Assembly: GCA_951406725.2 (NCBI GenBank)
Contig: OX597820.1
Coordinates: 55,304,001 to 55,368,000, forward strand
Direction of reading: 5' to 3'
Source of the DNA: Octopus vulgaris
Lineage: Eukaryota
Length of the DNA: 64,000 nucleotides
Positions 1 through 11,900 of the stretch are shown piece by piece. Under the pieces are notes generated by a model. That model saw only the letters and a program-made list of their open reading frames with translations. It searched no databases and had not been told where the DNA came from. Both the position numbers and the translations under genes were made by a program. Each line of letters begins with the position of its first letter. The first letter of the stretch is position 1.

Positions 1-526
1 TAATATTTGTTATTATTGGCATAAAGTTCAAACTCACTGTGTTGCTGTGCTGTAACCAATAAGGGAGCCTGTATATATTTGCTCCAGCTGCTAAAAATAT
101 CAGTTCTATCTCTCTTGGGTTTGTAGTCTTGCAAGTTGCATGGTAACTCATTAGTGCAGGTGCCACAAAAGAAGTACCCAGTATACATTATAATGTGGTT
201 GGCATTAGCAAGGGCTTCCAGTTGTAGAAACCATACCAAAGCAGACACAGGAGGACAATGCAATCCTTAGACTCACTGGGTCCTATCAACCTGTCCAACC
301 CATGCTAGCATGGAACTTGGACATTAAATGACAATGAGGATGATGATCTCACTCAAAGGACATATTGAATAATGTAATCTAGAGTACACACTGAATGTAA
401 AAAGAGTGTTTCTAACTAGAACACTACAACCATAGATTGACTTGATCAGGGTTGACAGGGGGCCAAACAACAATAACCTTGCCCTACTTATCATAAGGGT
501 ACATGTTTAAATTATATTGCACTGTA

Positions 527-737
527 AGGCGGCGAGCTGGCAGAAACGTTAGCACGCTGGGCGAAATGCGTAGCTGTATTTCGTCTGTCATTACGTTCTG
601 AGTTCAAATTTTGCCGAGGTCAACTTTGCCTTTCATCCTCTCGGGGTCGATAAATTAAGTACCAGTTACGCACTGGGGTCGATATCTGTCCTTGTTTGTC
701 TCCTCTGTGTTTAGCCCCTTGTGGGTAGTAAAGAAAT
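527..737 (+). mobile_element. tRNA-derived SINE (family starting GGCGGCGAGCTGGCAGAA) with 17-bp TSD
   Basis: TSD AATTATATTGCACTGTA at 510-526 and 738-754; B-box-like GAGTTCAAATT; many other copies in the window. Confidence 0.85.
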
Positions 738-1667
738 AATTATATTGCACTGTACTCCTACTGTCATTGTCTTGTTATAGTTAATAGAAGGACATGAGTT
801 CAAACACTATCTGTACTGTACTCATTCATTGCTTAGATTAATCTTCATAGAAGGGAAACATCAAGCTTGTTATGCTATGTTGCAGTTACTTTAATGTCTT
901 GGTTCAGCTACTAGAAGGACGTGAGTACAAAAGGGCTCTGTTGTTCTCCTATACAGTCTAATTCAACCTACTTATCACAAGGACACAGTTTCACACTAAT
1001 TGTAATTTCAAACTAATTCTTCTTTGAATACCTTGGTCTACTTATCAGAAGGACACAATTTCAAACTATTCTGTACTCTTGTTTTGCTTACACCATTGTG
1101 GTTATCAAGACTTAAATGCAAACCAACTGAATTGTTTATTCTACTCTGTATTATATTCTTTCTTTGAGCAAGGTACCTACTCTGAGTGCTTGCAATACAA
1201 TGAATGCTGTTAATGGCACTCAAGGGTTAGGAAAAGGTAGCAAATTGAACCTCATAACAGGTATATGATTAAGATGATAACTTGTTCATTGTATCAGGCT
1301 CAGAGAATTGTAACACATTATCAATAAGATGTATGAGTAAGTCTTAATAAAGGTCTGAGAATATTTATTCAATTTTGGTTTGAGGAATAGTTTCTTCATT
1401 ATTGCTCTAATGTTCAAATTTTTCTCAATTAACATCAACAATATGATGTATATAGTAAGGTACCTTTATCTTTACTTATAGCTTTTTGTCAACTGAAATG
1501 CATATAAAAACTTTGTTGTTTATTCAAAGTTTTAATAGGAAAATACCAAAGTATACAACTACAACAAAACAACAAACAGAAAATATAAACACACCAATCT
1601 TGGATATGAAACAGTTTTTTTAACCAAAACATCACTTTTTGAAAATGAACATAATTTAAACACATAC

Positions 1668-1847
1668 TTTTGGCTTAATCTTTGAAACCCGGAAGGTGAA
1701 ATAAATGCAAACAGTTTCACGAGGAATTGGTTTACACCGAGTTGGAATACTCCAGCGAACACGAAACTTGTGGTAGTTATCAAATTCAGATACTTCTGTT
1801 GCAATATAGTCGATACAATATAACCAACTTGGATGAAATTCCCATGT
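1668..1847 (-). CDS. AKAP14: AKAP14-like exon 3, AKAP28 domain (TWEFHPSWLYCIDYI...FRVRWSIPTRCKPIPRETVCIYFTFRVSKIKPK)
   Basis: cttcag acceptor, AAA|GTATGT donor, 180 nt phase 0/0; WSIxT...P...YFT..VSK.KP motif of AKAP14; remaining exons probably beyond the window start. Confidence 0.88.
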
Positions 1848-2277
1848 CTGAAGAAATGAGTAAAGACAGAATAACAAAACAATGAAAATAACTAGAAACA
1901 TATACAGTAAGTTGCAAGTTGACAAAAATGATGAAACACCAATCTGATTTACTGTATAAGGTTAATGTAATTTTTTTGTTTCTGTTTGGGGCTCAGATCT
2001 TATTGTGCGTTATTTTGAATATTACCAGTAATATAGTAATGTTGACTAAGTTAATAAATATATACTTTACTAAAAATTATTGACTAATCTTTCAGTTGAA
2101 TGGGTTTTTTTTTTTAATAAATAAATTGACATAAAATCATACATATGTAATAGAATATAATACTATTAGAATAGTATGGTTTTCATGTAGTATTGCCTGA
2201 TATATAAATGTTTTAGATATTTTTTATTTTAAAGCCAATACAATGCAAGTTATATAAAAAAATTAACACAAGTTAAT

Positions 2278-2704
2278 AGGCACAGGAGTGGCTGTGTGGT
2301 AAGTAGCTTGCTTACCAACCATATGGTTCTGGGTTCAGTCCCACTGCGCGGCACCTTGGGCAAGTGTCTTCTACTATAGCTGTGGGCTGACCGAAGCCTT
2401 GTGAGTGGATTTGGTAGGCAGAAACTGAAGGAAGCCCGTCGTTTATATGTATATATATATATATTTATATATATGTATGCATGTGTGTGGGTGTGTTTGC
2501 ATGCCTGTTTGTTCCCCCAACATTGCTTGACAACCGATGCTGGTGTGTTTACGTCTCCGTAACTTAGCGGTTCGGCAAAAGAAACCGATAGAATAAGTAC
2601 TAGGCTTACAAAGAACAAGTACTGGGGTCGATTTGCTCGACTAAAGGCGATGCTCCAGCATGGCCACAGTCAAATGACTGAAACAAATAAAAGAGTAAAA
2701 GAGT
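2278..2704 (+). mobile_element. tRNA-derived SINE (GCAGGAGTGGCTGTGTGGTAAG family; Octopus OK/OR-like)
   Basis: A/B-box head, internal (TA/TG)n, AAAAGAGT tail; near-identical copies at about 4700-5110, 24253-24652, 34876-35286, 46878-47190 (+) and 15195-15576 (-), older copies elsewhere. Confidence 0.85.
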
Positions 2705-3246
2705 ACAAGTTGATGGTTAGTATCATTACCTGGTATTTCAGTATTTCAGGATTAGGACCTGAATCTAATAAATTACACGTGTTATTAATTTTTTTTTTAT
2801 AACTTGCATTACTTTGGCTATAAAAAAGATATTTAAAACAAACGTATATTATTCAGACTGCACATTAGAATCACAGCCTTATACATTGTGAACATTAGTT
2901 ATTTACACTGTATATGAGAGAAAGTGACATGGCACAGTGACCTCCCTTGTATTGTGAACCCCCCGCCACCACCACCACCATTTATTTCACATGGCCATTA
3001 TGTAGTTATCATAGTTCTCTCCCTTAGGAAAAAATTCTATGGAGAGACAACTTTCTGATTGCCGGGAGTCATTAACCTTGAAAAATAAGTGTAAAACGAA
3101 TCCTTTAGGTAATCATAAGTTGCATGAGATTATATACTATAAGCGACACTGTACACAGTTGGTAGCCAATGAAACAAATCTGCCGATAGCTCAGTCCATC
3201 TGGCTGTTTATGGATTCTACAGAGTGGGTAAATGTAAAGAGTGGTT

Positions 3247-3247
3247 A

Positions 3248-3289
<42 letters not shown>

Positions 3290-3745
3290 TGTGTACAGTG
3301 CTCAGGTGCACTACAACTCATCTAAAGTGTATATATAATCAGGTGTAGTTTCGACGGATTTCGGGAAGCATGAGGGCCTTAAAGGATGCAGTGTCATGGC
3401 AGTCAACAACTGATGCAGGCAGTTTATTCCACGCTTCAGCAACCCTGAGCGTGAAAAAATGTTTCCGAAAGTCATGGGAGCTGTGCTGTTTTCTGACTTT
3501 GTAGGCATGTCCACGTGTGTTAGACACATGGAGATCAAAAAGGTGTTCAGTGTTGTTGTTGGTGAGGTGGTTGATAACCTTGTGGGTGTTTACCAAGTCC
3601 GTCGCTAGACACCGGAGCTTCAGTGAATCCATGCCCAGGGAAACCAGGCGCTCAGAATATGGTAGGTGTCTGATGGAGGGTATGCGTTTGGTTGCACGTC
3701 TCTGGACAGATTCCAGGAGGTCAATGTTCTGAGCAAGATAGGGAT
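3247..3745 (-). mobile_element. CR1-type LINE 3' fragment with (TTA)n tail
   Basis: ORF 3339-3632 carries TRGH...RKHFFTLRVAEAWNKLPASVV, the CR1 ORF2 C-terminus; tail at 3248-3288. Confidence 0.85.
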
Positions 3746-4134
3746 ACTGTAAAATCCAGGAGTATATAAATTTGCAGGAATGAGCGAACTAGAAGTAGTA
3801 CCATGCTTAGATGCAGAATCACTGTGTAGTTGTTAAATGTTTCACTAAGTTTGCAGTTCAGAATTCAAATCCTACCATGGATGTAAACAAATCGTTAGAA
3901 AAGCATAATGACTTTTATAGTTAAACCTGAGAAAACTTGCTATTGCTTTTATATAATTAAAAAATGGCTTATAGATGATATATAAATACTCCTATATATT
4001 CATGTTGCACAAATCAGTGTTTAAGGAATGTAAGATGTAAAAAGAACTAAATTTGACCCAGTCACATCTGTGTGTGTGTATATGTTTATGTGTATGTCTA
4101 AGTGCATGTGTGTGTGTGTGTGCATGTGTATAAA

Positions 4135-4613
4135 TATATGGCAAATGAAAGATGGAATATACGAGAATTTATTATTAATCACAGTTGTTTTGACACATCT
4201 AGCATCGATTCCTCATGAGAGGGACACTCAACACCTGGTTCAGGAGCATCCGGTGGTGCAGATGTATCTTGTCAGACGATAAATAAACGCAACTCGTTAA
4301 AATAACAGTTCCACAATGCAACATCCCGTTTTGTAGAAAGAAAAGCAACCAGACAGAGGAAATATCTTCATTTATATAGAAGATCAAAAATAAAATCACA
4401 GATGGCAAAAACGTGAAACGAACACACAATCGGCAAGTTACATTGTAGAACTGTTATTTTAACGAGTTGTATTTAATTATCACCTCACGAGATACATCTC
4501 CACTGCCGGATGCTCCTACCCATGAGGAATCGATGCTAGATGTGTCAAAACAATTGTCGTGATTAATAATAAATTCTCGTATATTTCATCTTCTGTCTTT
4601 CATTTGCCATATA
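4135..4613. repeat. Palindromic element, about 185-bp inverted arms (Penelope-like remnant)
   Basis: 4135-4323 is the reverse complement of about 4436-4613; asymmetric tail follows the right arm. Confidence 0.75.
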
Positions 4614-6485
4614 CATAATGATCATTATGAAAGTGACCATGCTTTACCAGTAAGCTACCAGTTGTAAACCATTCGTTTTATTATCCATTATATATATATA
4701 GGCGCAGGAGTGGCTGTGTGGTAAGTACCTTGCTTACCAACCACGTGGTTCCAGGTTCAGTCCCACTGCGTGGCATCTTGAGCAAGTGTCTTCTACTATA
4801 GCCTCGGGCCGACCAAAGCCTTGTGAGTGGATTTGGTACATGGAAACTGAAATAAGCCTGTCGTATATATGTATAATATATATGTGTGTGTGCATGTTTG
4901 TGTGTCTGTGTTTGTCCCCCTAGCATTGCTTGACAACCAATGCTGGTGTGTTTACGTCGCTGTCACTTAGCGGTTCGGCTAAAGAGACCAATAGAATAAG
5001 TACTGGGCTTACAAAGAATAAGTCCCGGGGTCGATTTGCTCGACTAAAGGCGGTGCTCCAGCATGGCCACAGTCAATGGACTGAAACAAGTAAAAGAGTA
5101 AAGAGTAAAGGAGTACATATGATGTTAAGTGTGTGTGTGTGTGTGTCTTTTTCTTTTATTCAGCATCCTCAAAACGAATATCTTCAAAGCCATATATATA
5201 TTATTACTAGCTGGCCCCATGCCATCAAAAATGGCAGCTAATTGTAGTATTTTAAATATAAATATGGATGGTAAATCAAATTAATTCTCTTGTCAATGTT
5301 GCCTGGTGGTTGTCTTTTGAGATGTGGCATTGATCATTTGTCACTGAAAAAATGCTGGTTCACACATACACACATTCACATTTTTCAGCGTTGCATGTTC
5401 ACCATTCCACTTCCATTGCACACTCACACACACACACATAAACATTCGCACACCTCCCTTTTACATACACACACATATACTCACACAGAGTTGAAATGCT
5501 CCCTCTACCAGCTTGCCTTCACCCCTTCCTTCCTTATTCATCTATCACCTCTTCCTTTCTCACTCATATGTTGCAATGGAGAAAAACACAAGAGTATTAT
5601 TATAGTAGATTATTTCTCATCTCATAAGGAAGATTTGTATACAATCTATTTTGAGAAGTAACAGTGAAATCTCTTTCAAACATCCTACTATTTGTCAAGA
5701 AAGGATCAGAAAAATGTCAGAAATTTGAAATGGAATAGTATTAGCAAAAACGTTGAAAGACAGGAAGCTGGAGAAGAATATAGTGTGAGTTAATGAAAGA
5801 TTCTAAAATACGTTTGTTGAAGTCAAAATCTCTGTAGTTCTTTCCCTTGCAGTCTCTTTTTATTTTTTCTCTTTTTTCTGTCTCTCTTTGTCACTGTCTG
5901 GAATAGTAGAATAAAGAGAGACAGAGAATGAGAGACATGTATGAAGAAAGAGACATAGATAAAGAGAGAGAGAGACAGGCAGGACTGATAGCGATACTAG
6001 TGGTTGTTTGAGACTGAATAACAGATGTACTCATTCAGTTAAACGGGTCTTTGCAAAATGCAAAACTGAACAATGTTGGATATATTAGACAATGCAACAT
6101 AGTCATGGATACAAGAAAATATTGTGATGGTCACGACTGGAAGGCCTTTTGTTTGCAGGTTTGCTCAATGAGGAATGACTTGGGGGTTACACAATGGAAA
6201 CAAAGAATCCAAAAGAGCAACAACTGATGTGTATGCTTATGTCCTGAAAGAATTAAAATCGACTCTCATTAATTAGAAGTTCCCTTTTAATAATGTAACA
6301 GTGGGCTGCTCTCATTGTACTTACAACACCACCACCACCAAGGCAGATAAATTAAATATGTTCATTATATCAAAAACAGATGCCTGCATGAGCAAATTAG
6401 ACTACAAATTTAATGAACTATGCAATACCTGTGTTTTTTCTAGCAAATGAAACACAGACTAACTATAACTGGCATAAAGAATGTA

Positions 6486-7051
6486 TTGGGTTGTCCAGAA
6501 AGTTTGTGCTGATTTTTAAAGGAAAGAAAAAGGTCAATAAATACTTGCCATTACATTTTTAATCAACCAAATACGAACCATTTTGTTACACAATGCATCT
6601 CCATCTTTCCTTTAACTTGAAAATACCCTCTTCCCAGAATTGAGGAGGTTTCATGGCAAAGAATTCATCAAGGTATCTTTTTACATCATCCAAGGAATTG
6701 AAATTTTTACCATTAAGACTATTCTGCAGAGACCTGAATAAGTTTAAATCCAAAGGAGCAATATCTGGTGAATATGGAGGGTGGGGTAACACATCACAGC
6801 CAAGCTGCAGCAATTTTTGTCTGGTTCCCAAAGCATCAAGTGCCGAAAATGAACTTTCTTATCTTCCATTTTAAAGGGTTACAGAATTAACACAGGTTAT
6901 AGGAACTTAAACCTTCTTCCATGAAAAGAAAGTTTAAACTGTGCTCTAAATGGAGATGTAGTTAAATCCTATTTTATGGACTCAACCATGTTCTAAAATA
7001 AGTTGAAAGATAAGCTACTATGAATTGGCACAAACTTTCCGGACAACCCAA
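6486..7051 (-). mobile_element. Internally deleted mariner transposon
   Basis: TIRs TTGGGTTGTCC(A/G)GAAAGTTTGTGC at both ends, TA TSD, HPPYSPDIAPLD motif in ORF 6586-6831. Confidence 0.9.
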
Positions 7052-7052
7052 T

Positions 7053-7396
7053 ATTTATACGAAAAGTTGTATATGCAATTTGCATGATATAATCAAAGCA
7101 TAGATTTACAGCTGTTTCAACTGGTCCATGAATGTTTGATGCAAACAATGCCTATTATGCAGGCTGGTGCAATACTGAAGTAATATTGTAGGCATACATA
7201 AAAACAAGGCAAAGTATCAACTTGTGTAGGTTTTCATAGCTTCATGCAGAAGATACATAGCACTCTACTATCTTGGTATTGCACCTGCTTTCATAACATA
7301 CATTGTTATATCAACCAGTAATTAACCACTTAAAATAGCTGAAAAGTATGACTTGATTACATCATGTAAATTGTATATGCAACTTTTCATATAAAT
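7053..7396. repeat. Degenerate palindromic element
   Basis: Ends atttatacgaaaagttgtatatgcaatttgcatgat / atcatgtaaattgtatatgcaacttttcatataaat are inverted. Confidence 0.65.
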
Positions 7397-7569
7397 ACAT
7401 TCCCTATAATCGTTTCTCATTAATAATGTAACTGCAGGCTGCTCAAATAGTGGTTTGTGTAAAGAAGAGCATCCAGCCATAAAAACCATGCCAAAGCTGC
7501 CTGGCCAGCTCCTGTCAAACTGCCCAACATATGCCAGCATGGAAGGAGGGTGTTAAATGATGATGATGA

Positions 7570-7718
7570 TACTTAATTTTCTTAAACAAGTATGTTGTTG
7601 ACAGTAACTTTGAAATTTCAACCAGCTAAGCCATCATTGGGCTCCAGTTTCACTATGGCTTAGCTGGTTGAAACTTTGAAGTCATTGTCAGCAACATTCT
7701 TATTTAAGGATAAAGTAT
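7570..7718. repeat. Hairpin element, about 65-bp inverted arms
   Basis: tttcaaccagctaagccat / atggcttagctggttgaaa core with pairing flanks. Confidence 0.7.
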
Positions 7719-8223
7719 AGAGTAAACCACCAGATTAATGTAAAATTGATTTATAATAACTGAATATGAAAACAAACATTAATATATGTGTACACACACA
7801 CAGAAAATAAGGTATCAAAGAACTGGTTCATGAATTCAAATCTACTGCAGATGTTTTACTATGCTTCTGACCAGAATACTTTATTCTACATTATCCCAGA
7901 TTTTGAAAATAATGGAAAATGTTACTAACAATAGACCAGGGAGATATTTATTTGTCACCCACTTAACACCATGAAACAAGAGGAAGGTAGACTGAATAGT
8001 TTAAGAGTTGTCTTGGAGACAGGCACAACACAGTGCCATTGGCAGGATATAAACCAACAAATTATTAGCAGTGGGTTTTCAAAGACCCTCACACTTAGAA
8101 AGTAATTAAATTACATTTTATGAGAAGATTCAAGACATGCACCTTCTGCCCAATGGAGCAACTCACAACTGACACCAATAATGGCAGTTCTTCATTAAAA
8201 AAAAAGCAAATAAAAAGCTTTAC

Positions 8224-8585
8224 CCTGATGTATTGATCAATCTTTCTCAATGCCATATCAGTTGAATACTGGTCGATATTAAACCAAATAATATTTTTTG
8301 GTGGATCATATTCATTGAAAACATAATTTCGACCACTTTCAGCCATTAGATTTTCTTTGGCAGATTCTATAGTGTATCCAACCAACTCATCAATTAATGT
8401 TTCACAATTCTGACACTGTTCTGTTGAGCTTGAATTTGGGTCAATGTAGGTATTACAGCTGGGACATTGTGTTTCTTGAACATACTTAAGAGCCCTTGCA
8501 AGGATTTCTTCAACACACCCATAAGTTAGCTTCTCAAGACATATTTCTTGAGATTCAGACAACTCCGACAGCTCATCTGTAGACA
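8224..8585 (-). CDS. AKAP14: AKAP14-like exon 2 (STDELSE...KNIIWFNIDQYSTDMALRKIDQYIR)
   Basis: tttcag acceptor, AGG|GTAAAG donor; CVEEILARALKYV resembles the RII-binding helix and KNIxW...KIDQY the start of the AKAP28 domain. Confidence 0.85.
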
Positions 8586-8794
8586 CTGAAATATTGAGAA
8601 AAAAATTATTTTGCTTAATATTTTAATCATATAATATTTAAAAATTAGCAATCAAGAGGTTTTTAATTTCCTTCAACAATTTCTCAAGTTAATTCAATGT
8701 TTTATTTCTTTATTTATATGGAATTATAGCGATGTATTGAGTACCTTAAGCCATTAATTCAAAGGAATAGCACTAAAGACTGACATCTAAATTA

Positions 8795-10062
8795 TTACGT
8801 TGTCAAGAAAGTTCTTGCGGAATTTTTTTATTTTGGTTTTAAATGATGTGATTTCAAATTAATTTTTAAAAATTACTTTGACTTTATATATCATTTTAAA
8901 GCCCATTTTTCACTCTATCCAATAGTGTTACTCTTTTTCTTTTTGAATAATTAGGCCATTTTTTTTCCAGAACATTAAATACAACATGGACAAAAAGCAA
9001 ATTTGCACAATTTCCTTATTCCAGTTCAAGCTAGGCCGAAAAGCTGCTGAAACAGCTCGCGATATCAAAGATGTGTTTGACCTAGGAACCACTAGTGAAC
9101 ATACAGCACAATGGTGGTTCAAGAAATTTCGTAGCGGTGATGAGAGTCTTGAAGATGATAAGCATAGTGGTCGGCCATCAGATGTTGACAACGATCAACT
9201 AAGAACCTTAGTCAAAGCCAATCTAAGTAGAACTGTTTGAGAGCTTGCTTATGAATTAGACGTAACATATATGACAATTTCCAACTATTTGAAAGAGACT
9301 GGAAAAACAAAAATACTTGAGAAATGGGTGCCGCACGAATTGAACGACAACCAAAAAAAACGCTGATTTGAAGTGTCATCTTCCCTTCTTTTTGCACAAC
9401 AAGAACGACCCGTTTCTTGACTGGATTGTTACTTGTGATGAAAAGTGGATTCTTTACGACAACCGGTGACACCCAGCTCAGTGGTTGGATGCTGACAAAG
9501 CTCCGCGGCACTTCCTGAAGCCAAAGTTGCACCAAAAGAAGGTCATGGTGACTGTTTGGTGGTCTGTGGCTGGTCTCATCCATCACAGCTTTTTGGATCC
9601 AGGTGAAACCATTATGGCAGAGAAGTACTGTCAGCAAATGGATGAAATGCAAAAGAAACTCCAACAACAACAGCCAGCATTGGTCAATAGAAAAGGACCA
9701 ATTCTTCTCCATAACAATGCTCAGCCACACGTCAAACAACTGACCCAGCAGAAGTTGAACAAATTGGCTATAAAACTCTGCCTCATTCGCCATACTTACC
9801 AGACCTCTTGCCTACCGACTACCACTTCTTCAAGCATCTCGACAACTTCCTGTGTGAGAAATGCTTCAAAAACCAAGACGATGCCAAACACACCTTCAAT
9901 GACTTCATCACCACCAGAACACAGGATTTTTATACTACTTCGCGTTGGCAAAGGCGTGTTGATTCTGATGGTGTTGTTTTGATTAATAAAGTTTTGTTTG
10001 AGCCGAGATATGTGCATCTGAATTTAAAGGCTAAAACCGCAAGAACTTTCTTGACAACTTAA
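8795..10062 (+). mobile_element. Near full-length Hsmar1-like (cecropia-type) mariner; transposase inactivated by stops and frameshifts
   Basis: TIRs TTA(C/A)GTTGTCAAGAAAGTTCTTGCGG, TA TSD; WVPHEL, TCDEKW, QKKVMVTVWWS, ILLHNNA, PTDYHFFKHLDNFL motifs. Confidence 0.93.
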
Positions 10063-10354
10063 TAGTTTAGATGATCTCATCTCTCCCCAGACTGCATCCA
10101 TGTTAGGAGTTGAACTCAGCATTGCAAGTTTCCAAACCACATGCCAATATTACAATATTGCTGTTTGGTGCAGCAAATTGTTCCCTAACTGCAGTAATTA
10201 TTTACAGGAAGGTGGACTGAACAGTTTAAGAGTTATCTTGGACACAAACACAACACAGGACCAATGGCAGGATATGAACCAACAACTTATTAGCTGTTTA
10301 CCTGATAACCACTTGATCCTCAGTTACGTGTGCCTTCTGTAATGTGAGTGCAAC

Positions 10355-11072
10355 ATAATGTAGTACTTTGTAATATAGTACAGTGCAATATAGTGTGATG
10401 TAACATAGTATGGTATGATGTAATATAGCAGGGTGCAATATAGTATGTTGTAATATATGTCACAACATAGTGTGATGTAATGTAGTATAGTGCAGTATAG
10501 TATAAGTTAAAATGCATAAGCTAGTGGTTAGGGTGTTGTACTTGTAATTGGCAAAATTATGATTTCAATACCTGGACAGAGCAATGTGTTGATTTCTGAG
10601 CAAAACATTTCAGTTCACATTGAGTAAACTTACAACAGACTGGCATCCTTTTGAGAGGGGATGTTGTGATTTCAGTCATTTGTATGTCACAGAAATGGGT
10701 AACTAACTCTATGAGTCCTAGAACTTGAGACAAAATTGTCCAAGGATTGATGACAGTGAATGAAGTGTGGTCTAATATAGTTACAACATATAATATAGTG
10801 TGGTGTAATATAGTTAGGAGCATATTAATATATAGTGTGGTGTAATATAGTTAGGAGTATATCATAATATAGTATGATATCATAATATAGAATGGTGTAA
10901 TATAGTTACAACATATAATATAGTGTGGCGTAATATAGTTAGGAGCATATTATAATATAGTGTGGTGTAATATAGCTACAGGATATCACAATATAGTGTG
11001 GTGTAGTATAGTATAGTGTGGTGCACAATAGGATAATGTAGCACAGACTGTCACAATATACTATGGTGTAAT
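10355..11072. repeat. Pentamer-based satellite (TAGTG/TAATA) with an approximately 35-bp higher-order unit
   Basis: Repeated atatagtgtggtgtaatatagtt; interrupted by a degenerate SINE around 10520-10740. Confidence 0.75.
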
Positions 11073-11495
11073 CAGGGTTGAATTAAGATCCATACAGGTC
11101 CTAAGCACATAAAAGATTTTGTTGCCCCGATATATACATAATTCAAAATATAAACAATAATAAACTATAATATAATTTTTTATTTTTCAAAATGAAATAA
11201 AACTAACAGTAAGATAGAAAATAATGTTCATTTTTGTATACTTTCACTTTATCTATTTGTGAAAAGATTTTTCCTACTTCTTTTCAGATGCAAAGTCTTT
11301 GATCAGTGTTATGGTGTAACACTACAAACAACTTCAAAATTATATTTCTGATCATATAAACCACTTCAAGTATTAGTATAGCAAGTTTAAAGTGATTTAT
11401 ATTGTGCCATAAACCATTTACCATTTCCATGGGTTCCCCTTCCCTTGATGCCTTAAGCATGTGGTTATTTTTGTTTCATGGTTAATCCAGTATTG
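11073..11495. mobile_element. hAT (Tip100-like) MITE
   Basis: TIRs CAGGGTTGAATTAA / TTAATCCAGTATTG; perfect 8-bp TSD GGTGTAAT at 11065-11072 and 11496-11503. Confidence 0.8.
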
Positions 11496-11549
11496 GGTGT
11501 AATTTAGTATAGTGTGGTGTAAAATAATGTTTTGTGGGATCTGAATGGC

Positions 11550-11900
11550 TACTTGCCTTATAAAGAACATAAACACTATACTGCTTTCCAGGCAATTAAA
11601 CATTTGAATCAGTTCTATGTCATAAATTTCAGACTGACAAATGGTGCTGTTGTATTTCAGAGAATTATGAACAACAGTAGTTCCCAACCTTTTCAACCAA
11701 AGACCCCTTTTATTTAAATGAGTTTTCCTATGGACCCCAGGATATTGAAAGGTCTGTCAGCTTAACTGTTCACGGACCCCCAGTACTACCTTTGTAGACC
11801 ACAAGGGGTCCGCAGACCAGAGGTTGGAAACCACTGATGTACAAGTTGATTAAAGTTAACAATTTTGACTTGAACATTTGTATATCTATATGAGATGATG
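11550..11900 (+). mobile_element. Gypsy LTR-retrotransposon reverse transcriptase remnant split by a hAT MITE
   Basis: KHYTAFQA...QF...FRLTNGAVVFQRIMN resembles the Gypsy TAF..PFGLxN...FQRxM motif; FVYL remnant after the MITE. Confidence 0.6.
11675..11836. mobile_element. hAT/Charlie-like MITE
   Basis: TIRs CAGTAGTTCCCAACCT / AGGTTGGAAACCACTG; 8-bp TSD ATGAACAA/ATGTACAA. Confidence 0.85.

Noticed and set aside
38-90. 53-nt minus-strand AG...GTGAGT segment as a possible next AKAP14 exon
   Set aside because: Splice signals are plausible but the translation (QLEQIYTGSLIGYSTAT) does not resemble the AKAP28 C-terminus; needs RNA-seq
7980-10295. About 90-bp direct repeat (7980-8070 and 10205-10295) flanking AKAP14 exon 2
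   Set aside because: Looks like two decayed reverse-strand SINE fragments; no LTR termini or TSD
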